Origin: Azolla caroliniana
Lineage: Eukaryota > Plantae > Polypodiophyta
NCBI GenBank assembly: GCA_043228905.1
Contig: JBHGNT010000005.1
Span: forward strand, 20,832,001 to 20,896,000
Length of the DNA: 64,000 bases
Reading direction: 5' to 3'
Below are positions 1 to 9,750 of the stretch, piece by piece; the first letter of the stretch is position 1; each line of letters starts with the position of its first letter. Position numbers and translations under genes: made by a program. A model generated the notes under the pieces. That model worked only from the letters and a program-made list of their open reading frames with translations, searched no databases and had not been told where the DNA came from.

Positions 1-767
1 TAGGTACTATTTGAAGGCTCTGGAGGTGTACTCACCTCCGTTGTCAGATTGGAGTGTCTTCACTCTGTGTCCCGATCGGTTCTCCACTTTAGATATCCAT
101 CAAGTGAAGACCTCAAGCGCTTCATCTTTGGACTTGATGGAGTATGCCCAAACTTTCCGTGTACAGTCATCTACGAATGTGATGAAGTACCGAGAGCCTC
201 CTAGTGATTGCTCTAGCATGGACCCACATATGTTTGTGTGCACGAGCTCTAGGGGTTGTTGTACAGTCTTGTAGTGGAGAGAGTGCAGACTTTGGGTCTG
301 TTTCCCATATCGACAGTGCTCGCAGAAGTCCGTCTTTGCCTGTAGTTTCGGGATGTAGCCGACTGACATCAGCCGATCAAGTCCGGCTTGAGACATGTGG
401 CCAAATCGGCCATGCCATAAGTTCGGGTTGATTTTCTTGGCTACGTTCACGGCCCCTTCAGGGTTGATCGCCATCAATGGGTATAGATTATTATACTTAT
501 GCCCACTACCGATTTTGAGGTTTCCTCGACTGATCACCCATGTCGACTCGTGTAGAGTCATTCGATACCCGTCTTCGGCTAACATGCCGATGGAGACCAA
601 ACTCCTCTTTAGATCGGGTACGTGCCGAACTCGGTGCAAGGTTATTGTGTTGCCATTTGGCAATTTGATGGGAACCTCCCCGATTCCGGCCATCTTGCAC
701 TCTTGCCCGTTTCCCAATCGGACTATGCCGCTGGCGTCAACTGAATAGTTCGAGAACCATTCAACAT
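1..767 (-). mobile_element. Ty1/Copia retrotransposon internal fragment (protease end, GAG-pre-integrase, integrase core); continues off the left edge and is cut at 768 by a Gypsy LTR
   Basis: ORF 100..717(-): VRHVPDLKRSLVS, LWHGRFGHMS, FCEHCRYGKQ, PLELVHT.ICG, GGSRYFITFVDDCTRKVWAY. Sequence at 1-100 continues with SDNGGEY. Confidence 0.93.
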
Positions 768-1483
768 TGGAGAAACTAAGGCGGGACCACGGGGGCCTTG
801 GACCGAGGAATGCAAGAGATCAAGGGGAGAGAGAGCATGGAGCGTCGAGCCGGCGAATACCTGCTTCCAGCAAGCGGTGCTTACCAGCCAAATGAATCAC
901 GACCGCGTGTACAGAACGAACAAAGATGTGCACCCACCAAACGGTGAAAGGGAAACACGCAGAAAAGCACAGGGAGACAACAAACAGGAGAATCGATTCC
1001 AACAATAAACATTACAACTTTGCAAGATTACAACCGGCGAGCCGACAACAAACCCAACACAGACACTCTCACTCTCACGCACACAATGGAGTCCTTGCCG
1101 GAAGCACTCGGGCTTTCCTCGAAGCAAAGGCAACCGACCAAGAACCTGTCGAGAACAACGATAGAGGAGGAGAAAGCTCAATTCCTAGTCCAACAACACT
1201 CCGTCCTCGCCAAAACACGATAGTTGTTTCAGCCTTCTCCCTTCTCTTTTATAGGCCGCCGGGGACGATCGTCACATCTTGAATACATCATCTTTATTCT
1301 TCGTCCCTTCGGATAGAGATACGCATCGATTTCCTAGGTAATAAATGTGTATTACCTAGTATATTTACATAAGCCGACCTATTCCTAATTATGTACAACT
1401 TATCAATCCTTGTGCCCGCGTGTAAGGGCCGGTTCATGCGCCTTTTACACTGATTCCTCCTAAGGCCGGTTTTCATCACCACA
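768..1483 (-). repeat. 3' LTR of Gypsy element A
   Basis: On the minus strand it starts TGTGGTG right after a G-rich PPT-like tract (GGTTTGGTGGGGGTGGA), contains CCTATAAAAG, and ends ...TTTCTCCA exactly where the Copia reading frame resumes. Confidence 0.7.
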
Positions 1484-4400
1484 TCCACCCCCACCAAACC
1501 GCGCATCCACAGGTATGCACCAGAGAGGGACAAATGCCAGAGAAAACCGGTTTGCGTTCACCCGTCGCTCTCCGAATCTCCATCCGCTCCGATCCAATTG
1601 TTGTCTACGCCCCCTAGGTCCGGTTTGTTCTACTTCTTGAATGCTTTAATCCTCTTCCCGACCACCGGCACAATTATCCTTGTTCCGTTGAGCTCCGCGA
1701 GATGGTAGGTGCCGTTGTCGTTTGCGCTTGTTACGGCGTAAGGCCCGAACCACCTTCTCGCAAACTTGCGCTTTGCCTTGTGCTGGTTGTCGAGGTTATT
1801 GTCATAAACCAGTACCTAATCGCCTTCCTCGATCTTCTTCGGTCGTAGCCGGTGAGTCCGGTCGAACCAGCCTTTATTCCTTGCCCTCACTGCATGCAGC
1901 TTCGCCTTTGCCCATTCCATGTCCTCCGGTTTTCGCCCGCATGCAGCCAGTGGCTCTTCCCGGCTCATCTTGTCTCTCCAGTCTACCACCACCCACGAGG
2001 AGATCGTTCGCTCTACCGGCATTATCGGCTTCTGCCCATACATCAGCTCTGTCGGCATGAACCTGGTTACCGAAATATGCGTAGTTCGGTCCGCCCACAA
2101 TGCGTAAGGTAGGAGTCGCGGCCAATTCCCGACTTGTCCTTTGCAAGCCCGTACTAATGCCTTCACATTAGGCCCGTACCCACGCTCTACCTTCCCATTC
2201 GCCTCCGGATTGTACGTCGTAGTGAGGGAAAGCTTAACCCCTAGCCGGTTGATTAGCTCGTCGGCTTCCTACGCATCCAGCTCCCCCTGGTCAACCACGA
2301 TCTTTGCCACGCACCCATACCGGCACACCACTTCGTCAATTAGGAACTAGCACACATCTGCAGTCATCTTGTTCGGCAATGCATGGCCCTCCACTTGGTT
2401 CGTCAAATCCTCTCTTGCCAGCACCAAGTACCGCATCTACCCTACCCCCATCAGCATCGCCACCAAGTCCACCATCCATTTGAAGTGGACGGTCGGCAGG
2501 TAAGTCGAGTGTAGCTCGTCCCAATGTCGGACTATGGAATGCATCTGGTAGCTCTTACAAGTCGTTACGAATTGATGAGAGTCCCAGTACAATCCCGGCC
2601 ACCAATACTTTTCCTTTAGCTTTTCGAACGTGGCCCACGTCCCCGATGTCCGGCACAGGGACTCTCGTGATACGCCGTTAGCAACGCCTCCTGCTCTTCC
2701 TTCTTTACCACTATGCGGAGTGGAACACCGCCTCGTTTTTTCATGTGCCTGCATATATTCCCGTCCCGCAGGAAGAATCGGTACGTCTTCTTCCGGATCC
2801 GGTTAGCCTCTTCCTTCGTCCACGTCGCGTCCGGCGTCAGCGTTTTTAGGAACCTGCCAATCTGGAGCCACTCCCCGTTGTACTGGCCCTCGTAAAATTC
2901 GTTTAGTGCCAGAGTGCTCCCTACCCTCGTCATCACATAAGCCGACTCGAAGAAGTCTACGCCAATTTCCTCGTCCTCCAAAACTCCGTCTTCATCATCA
3001 AACCGCGTTCTTGAAAGCATGTCAGCCATGGCGTTGTCCTTCCAAGAGATGTGCCATATCTCGGGATTCAGGGACTTAATGTATGTGATCCACCTGCGCA
3101 TCACCGGGTTCGGCGTCCATCTCGATTATCACCTCCGTCCAGATCAAGTAGTCCTTTTCGTCCTTGACCGCTGAAACGATACCCCAAAGTTCGCATTTAA
3201 CCTGGGCGTATCCTCTCTATCGCTCACTAAGTACCTTTGCTCCGAACCAGATGGGGAACCTCGTGCCGTTTCCGTCTGCCTGGTTGACCACCCATCCTAT
3301 CCCGGTCGGGCTCGTGTCTACGGTTACGTAAATCGGGACCTCCTTACCGTAAACTGCTTTCCGGAGTGTTGGTGCCGCAGTAAGCGCTTCTTTCAATCTC
3401 CAGACCAACTCCGTATGTTCCCCGCTCCACTTGAACTTGCACCCTTTCTTCAACAACCCGTAGAGTGGCTCCGCTACGTGTGCGTAGTGCGGAATCCATA
3501 TGTGATAGAACGCGCACGTGCCCAAGAACCTCTGGACTTCCGTAACCGACTTGTAGTCTTCCTTCATTGCGGAGATGGCCTCTACCTTTCCCGAGGACCG
3601 TTTCCGGCCATAAGGCCCACACAGGTGACCGACGACCATGATCTCTGACTGCCTTAAAGCCGATTTCTCTCCAGAGAAGGTGAGTTGTGCGCCCTCCAGC
3701 CTTTAGCCTTTGTAGCACCTTCTCGCAATCACCGATGTGGTCCGCAACGAATTTTCGGCAACCGTCTGGCCCAACCGACTCGTCCATATCTTCCACCGGA
3801 CATCCCTTAATCGGGATGTCGTCCAGGAAGGGCATGGTGATGTCCGGGATGCAGTCCCTTAGCACCTTATTCATCGCATTCACCATGTGCGCCACCGAGT
3901 TTGTCCCTCCTTGCGGTAGGGTACACATCTGCACTAGGCCAAGAGGAGTCTGCATCGTCGTAATATCCCTACTGTCTACGGCTAGTTGGAATTAGTTTTA
4001 CCCCGAGTACAGATCCCCGACCTAATAAATCAACCTTATGGCAAAGGCCTCCGCAAACTCGTCAATGGTCGGCCCGATTCCTATATTCCAAATGGTCACC
4101 TTGTTGACTGGCTGCAAGTCCTGAATAAAGCGCAACGTGTTGTTCTTCTTCCGCACGGTAAACCACCGATTCGAATATGGGGCACTCGACGGCTCGAGGA
4201 TGCCCATCTCCACCTTTTGCTTCAATAGCTCCATCAACTTTGGGATGTGAGCTCTAGGTACCGGAATCGGCTTGAGATTCCACGGCACATGCGGTACCGT
4301 GAAGATAACCATTGGCTCAACGATCATCAGGTCTACGCACCCGATTTCCTCCAGTGAGAATGCAAAGGCCTTCCCGTGCCTCCCGAGCATCCTCTGAAAC

Positions 4401-5680
4401 CGATCCTCCTCCGTCGGCAGTAGAAAGACACCCCCACCAACCTTGAGCTCTCGTAGCATTTTGTCGGTGAACCGATGTCCTATGCCGGCTGGATTCCGCA
4501 AACTTGGGTCCGACGCGACCCCTTTCATCCGTTCCTCCCTGCCCTCCGGTAAGGAAGCCGCGATTGACCTCACCTTCTGGTCCACAGTCTTGTACTTGGT
4601 ATCTACGCAGGCCGTCCGATCCGTCCCGACCTTCTCCCCGAAGTCGGCAATGACTTCGTACATTTCTATGGAAGCAACCGGAACCACCCGGTCTTTACTG
4701 AGGCCTTCTTTGACCACTTGCCCTAACTCTCCTAGGGTGTCCTCGAAGGAGATCGCCTCCACGGCACCGCCAATCTCTTTGTCGGAGTGGAGAGCTCCGG
4801 CCGTACTGAGACACTCCTCTATCTTCTTCTTCTCCCGGCCACCGATGTCGGACATTGTACAACCTCCGTTGTCGTAGAACCAAAATTTCCTACCTATAGT
4901 ACACGTGTGGGGTTTCCCCAGGGTGTCCGGACTATCGCAGCCCCACGCCTTGATAGCCCTCTCTAAATATCCCCTCGGCCATCCCTGCCGAGAGTCTCGC
5001 GGTTACGCTCATGGTTCAGTTGGACTATCAGGAACTGGACGGAGTGTCGTCCATCTTGGCTCTTCACGCACGCATACGCCGAACCATTATCCAACACCTT
5101 GGTCTCCATGCGTGCCTCCGTAATGTACGGCTCGCCGAGTATTACAGGGTGCGAGGACGTCTCCTGCACGAAGAAGTGTTGGTCAATCTCGATATCGCCG
5201 ATCTTAACACATACATTTGGGCATGCCCCGTGTAGTTCCTCCGTAGCGCATGTCACCACGCGTAATTTCCAGCCGTGCATGGTGTTGATCGGCAATTTTC
5301 CCTTCTTATAGAAGTCCATAGACATCAGGTTGATCTCCGAACCATGGTCTATCAATGCCACCATCGGCTCCTAGACATCCCTGATCCGAACTGGGGTCTC
5401 CGTAGTGGCTCTGGCCCAGTGCAACCTTGAATAGTGGCTTTCTACCAACTCGTCTTAATGGGCCATGTCTTCCAGGTGCGTCGTCCGCACCTCCACGGGC
5501 TTCTTCAGTTCCGACTCCGTCAAGAGCCGTTTCCAATTCACCAAGTCCACGATGGAATCGTGGAACTCCTTCTTGGCGTTCCCAAGCACCTCCCTCAACG
5601 ACAGCTCCACCTTGTTGTCGAGGATTCGTTCTTCGAGGACCTTTCGCAAGTCCATTGTCCTCTCTATCTCGGTGCCTAGC

Positions 5681-6102
5681 TGTCAGGAACAATACTGAGA
5701 CAGAGAAGGAATTAGTACTAAACGAAGGATTAGTACTATGAGAGGTGTAGAACTTCTTCGAGAGAAGGAAGGAGTGAGCGAGACGGAGAGAGAGTGAGAG
5801 AGAGTGATGATAAGAAAGATATGTATTATATGAAGAGAATATACAATGGTGGCTAAAAGGCTTAAGACTGGCGTTGAACCAATTTGGTTCAACATAATGC
5901 CTAGTGCCCTCTTTTATAGTGTTTTCAGGAGTAATCCTGAAGCTTCTAGACTGTTCCAGAGAAATCTGGAATATACACTAATTTCCTATAATAAAATGTA
6001 AATGAAAATAATATCCTACGTATTATAATAGATGGTCTAATGGTCAAGAGCTCGACCCATATAACCTAAGGTCATGGGTTCGAGTCTTGCCATATCATGA
6101 CA
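5681..6102 (-). mobile_element. Solo LTR of a diverged relative of the chromovirus at 8021-13789
   Basis: TGTCA...TGACA termini; TSD CTAGC (5676-5680) / CCAGC (6103-6107). Its reverse complement aligns with LTR 8021-8477 (TATA, AAATYGGTTCAAC, TAGTACTA repeats, terminal tRNA-like module). Confidence 0.9.
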
Positions 6103-8020
6103 CCAGCTAGTAACCAGCCTGCTTCATCCGATCTTGCGGACCGGAACTACCGGAGTTGTTCTTCCCCGGTCCGCTCCGCGTCTCGTACCATTTCGAAGGT
6201 CTGGCTTCCCCGGCCTTCCCTGCTCTCTTGTCCTCTCTTCTCCTCGACCGGGTCATCCCACCCGGTAACCTCCCAGATCCGCTTCTCCGCACAGTCCACT
6301 TCCTCCTTCCTTAGTCTTACTCTAGAGAGGCCTCGTAGCACTGATGGCCAGAATCCAGAGTCCTTCGTCCCTTTGTTGTCATCGTCACTACCTACCCGGA
6401 TTCCGGCCGATGCCGAGTAGTGAATGGCTTCAACGTGTCGCGTCACGGCTTCTTCCATCAACCGCTTCATTCCGTTGCGCCCGGTATTCAACTCTAGGGC
6501 TTTCCGGGTCTCGCTAGCGTGCACCCGCCCATTCCAAAAGTACACAATTTTAGTCCTAAGTGCTTCTGCAAAGTCCGCGCACTCCTTCCGAATGTGACTG
6601 ATTGTGTCACATCACATGGACTGCTACCCTACCGGGGGCCTTCGGTCGCGAGACTGATCGTCGTTGTCCCTTCAGACCTGCAATCTGGAGATTGCGCACC
6701 ATTTGCGTCAGTTCATCCAGAGCTGCTCCTCTGGATGGGCCCTTGACCACGTCGGTCGAGGTTGAGCTCGTCTCAAGCCAATCTCGAGTTTTCTCTTTTC
6801 GTGCCGGCGAAGGATCCTCAAGCTTCCTTGCCGGAACGAATCTCGCCACCAACGAACCTTTGTCGCCCCACTCATGCCGCTTATCGAAACGGTTGCAGAC
6901 TCTTTTAACCACGGCCCAGTCAGCCGTCAACCCATCATCTGTCTCCAGCAGGAGACCCACTTCATCCTAATCCCGCACATCCATCGCTTTGACGAACAAC
7001 AGGACACAACTCGTGTCTAGCACGGTCCTGTCCAGTGCCGAGAGCCATGCGAAGCGTTCCTCAAACTCCCAGAGGAGTGCCGACACGTTGTCGTGATGTG
7101 GCGTGCTCGAGGGTGGGAAAAACCGGCGAAAAGGGGGTCAAAAATGTGCATGTGCAATGTGTGTGCACACAAAAGCGATTAATTGTGCATATGCAAAATA
7201 AAAAGGAAAACAAAGGGTAAAAGGGAGGTATAGAAGCTCGTGCAAAAAGTAAGAGAGAGGTGAGATAAAGGGGAGAGGGGAGACAGGCTATAAATTTATA
7301 GACATAGAATTATATATTATATAAGAAAGAATTAGTGGGTTAGTGGATAGTCACATTGACTTCTAGCTAGAGGTGCACAATTCGAATCTAGTCTTACAAT
7401 GCAGCGTGATTTAAGGAATTTTATTCCTTTTTCATTGAAGACAAATTTGGCGACCTATCCCCTTCTTTTTTACCTATAAAAGGAGGTCGAGGGGGGCTCA
7501 TTGGGAGGGACGTTTTGGGAGGAGGAGACTATCGCCAATTTTCTTTCGAAGCTCTTCATCTCCTTATTCACCACTTTTCTTCATCTCATACCCCTTCATC
7601 CCCCCATCACCACGTGCTCGTGAGCCCAAGCTTCGTTGGCTCGACGTTGCTCTGCCCCGTTCGTCGTTGCAAGCCCGTGTGCTTGCCGTTCGGGTGGTCG
7701 TGGTTCGTTGGGATTGGCATTTTGGTGGTGCTCGTGTGTTCGTCTTCGCCGTGTTCGGTTTTGCCTTGTCTCTAAGGGCATTTAATATTTATGTTTTGAT
7801 TGAGCTTGTGGTTAACTATAAGTTGCCATTGTAAAAAAAAAAAAACCCTATTTTATAAAGGGTCTCTTGCATTAGAATCAAACACGTATTTAACTCTTTG
7901 GTCAATATTGTTCGTGTTCTTTCTCTCATTCTTTCTTTATTCGTGTCTTTCTTGTACGTTCGGCCGTCTTGTGACGAGGGGACCGTTCGGGCTTGGCCAT
8001 GCACCTCTCCTCCTCATAAA

Positions 8021-8310
8021 TGTCATAACTAGACTCGAACCCATAACCTTTTGTTACACGGGTCGAGACTTTACCATTAGGTTATGAATTGTAATTTGAA
8101 GGATATTATTTTCATTTAGGTTTTATTAGGAAATTGATGTATATTCCAGATTTCTCTGGAACATTCTAGAAACTTCAGGAGTATTCCTGAAGACACTATA
8201 AAAGGAGGCGCAAGGCATTAGTTCGAACCAAATCGGTTCAACGCCAGTCTTAAGCCTTCTAACCACTGTTGTATATCTTCCTTCATATAATACATATATC
8301 TTTCGCATCA

Positions 8311-8351
<41 letters not shown>

Positions 8352-8477
8352 CCTTCTCTCAAAGTTCGACACCTCTCATAGTACTAATCCTTCTCTGTCT
8401 TAGTACTATTCCCCGACAATAGTACTAATCCTTCTTTTAGTACTAATTCCTTCTCTGCCTTAATAGAGTTCCTGACA
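8021..8477 (+). repeat. 5' LTR of the chromovirus
   Basis: TGTCA...TGACA termini, TATAAAA at 8197-8203, direct repeat of 13327-13789. Confidence 0.97.
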
Positions 8478-8479
8478 GT

Positions 8480-8491
8480 TTGAACCGATTT
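8480..8491 (+). promoter_or_regulatory. Self-priming type primer binding site (TTGAACCGATTT)
   Basis: Lies 2 nt after the LTR end and is the exact reverse complement of AAATCGGTTCAA at 8230-8241, which starts 33 nt after the first base of the TATA box. No TGG-type tRNA PBS is present. Confidence 0.8.
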
Positions 8492-8580
8492 CCCTCGGTG
8501 CCTGTCTGGTCTTTTCTCTCCCTCTTCCTTCTGTCTCCCTCCTTTCCTATTAGTCTCTTATTCCCCTTTTCCTTCATCCC

Positions 8581-9750
8581 ATGGCCACCGTTAGCGCTGA
8601 AGAGTATCAATCCGTTTTCTCGGAATTTCAATGCTTGAAAGAGAAGTTTCATGCTTTGGAACAAGAAAATCAACGCTTGTTGGGGGATCTTCAGCAAATT
8701 TCCTTAGAAAAGCAGCAAACGCAACAACAGCATGGGGAACTTGCGTTACGCGTGCAACAACTCGAAGCAACCATCATAGCAATGCAACAACAAGGGCACG
8801 GAGCACAAGGGATTCATAAAGAACCCAAGATTGGCCTTCCCACGAAGTTCGATGGAACGCGATCGCAGTTTAGAGGGTTTCTTAACCAGGTACGGTTAGT
8901 TATTCAAATGCATCCGTCCCGATATCCCACCGATGCATCACGAGTGGGTTTAGTAGGCACGTTGTTAAATGGCTCAGCATTAGCATGGTTCGCTCCGCTA
9001 CTAGAAAAGGAATCTCCAGTACTAAATAATTTTGAAGAATTCATAAGTGAGTTTAAAGCATGTTTTGGAGATACTGACAGCATAAGGACTGCAATCAATA
9101 AAATCCGGCGATTACGCCAAGGTGACCGTCCAGCCTCCGCATATGCTGCAGATTTCCGCCTACTCGCCGCCGATATCCCCTGGGATGATCAAGCATTGAT
9201 GGAGCAGTTCCGCTATGGTCTACGCAACGATGTCAAGGATTTACTCTTGACTTTCCCTGAAGAGCCAAAATCATTAACAGAAGCAATCAGTCGAGCGGTC
9301 AGATGTGACAACCGCCTCTTCGAGCGACGTTCGGAACGACAATTTCAGATGCCGAGGGCAAGATCCGAGCCTACCTATGCCTCAGTGGTAGCGAAACCTT
9401 TTCAAAGGGAGTCACATAGTGCGCCTCCAGTAAGTACTCCAACTCCAATGGAAATTGACACTACACGTCGTCGTGGGCCGCTATCGGAGGAGGAAAAGCA
9501 ACGACGCCGAACAAACCGATTATGCCTTTATTGCGGTGGACCAGGGCATATCGCGATAAACTGTCCCCATAGACCAAGAAGGCAGGTAAACCAAGTCGTT
9601 GTTAGTTCTGACTATACTAAACCCGAGTCTATTTCAGTAGGAATCTCTGATAGTCCTCATAGTCATAATAGTCCTAATAGTACTAATAGTCCGAATCTCG
9701 CAAACAAATTTGATATCCTTAGCCAATTAGAAGAAGAGTTAAACGACTAA
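8581..9750 (+). CDS. gag: Gag (coiled-coil N-terminus, retrotransposon capsid, CCHC zinc knuckle)
   Basis: 389-aa ORF: LPTKFDG, LRQGDRPASAYAADF, PMEID, RLCLYCGGPGHIAINCP. Confidence 0.95.
   Translation: MATVSAEEYQSVFSEFQCLKEKFHALEQENQRLLGDLQQISLEKQQTQQQHGELALRVQQLEATIIAMQQQGHGAQGIHKEPKIGLPTKFDGTRSQFRGFLNQVRLVIQMHPSRYPTDASRVGLVGTLLNGSALAWFAPLLEKESPVLNNFEEFISEFKACFGDTDSIRTAINKIRRLRQGDRPASAYAADFRLLAADIPWDDQALMEQFRYGLRNDVKDLLLTFPEEPKSLTEAISRAVRCDNRLFERRSERQFQMPRARSEPTYASVVAKPFQRESHSAPPVSTPTPMEIDTTRRRGPLSEEEKQRRRTNRLCLYCGGPGHIAINCPHRPRRQVNQVVVSSDYTKPESISVGISDSPHSHNSPNSTNSPNLANKFDILSQLEEELND

Noticed and set aside
6025-6102. Functional tRNA gene
   Set aside because: A and B boxes are present but the anticodon arm does not pair and the sequence is part of an LTR; reported as a tRNA-like module instead.
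8126-8362. Antisense ORF MREGMRERERE... present in both LTRs
   Set aside because: Starts at a non-ATG codon, runs through the (TC)n tract, and the frame is not convincingly kept in the solo LTR.
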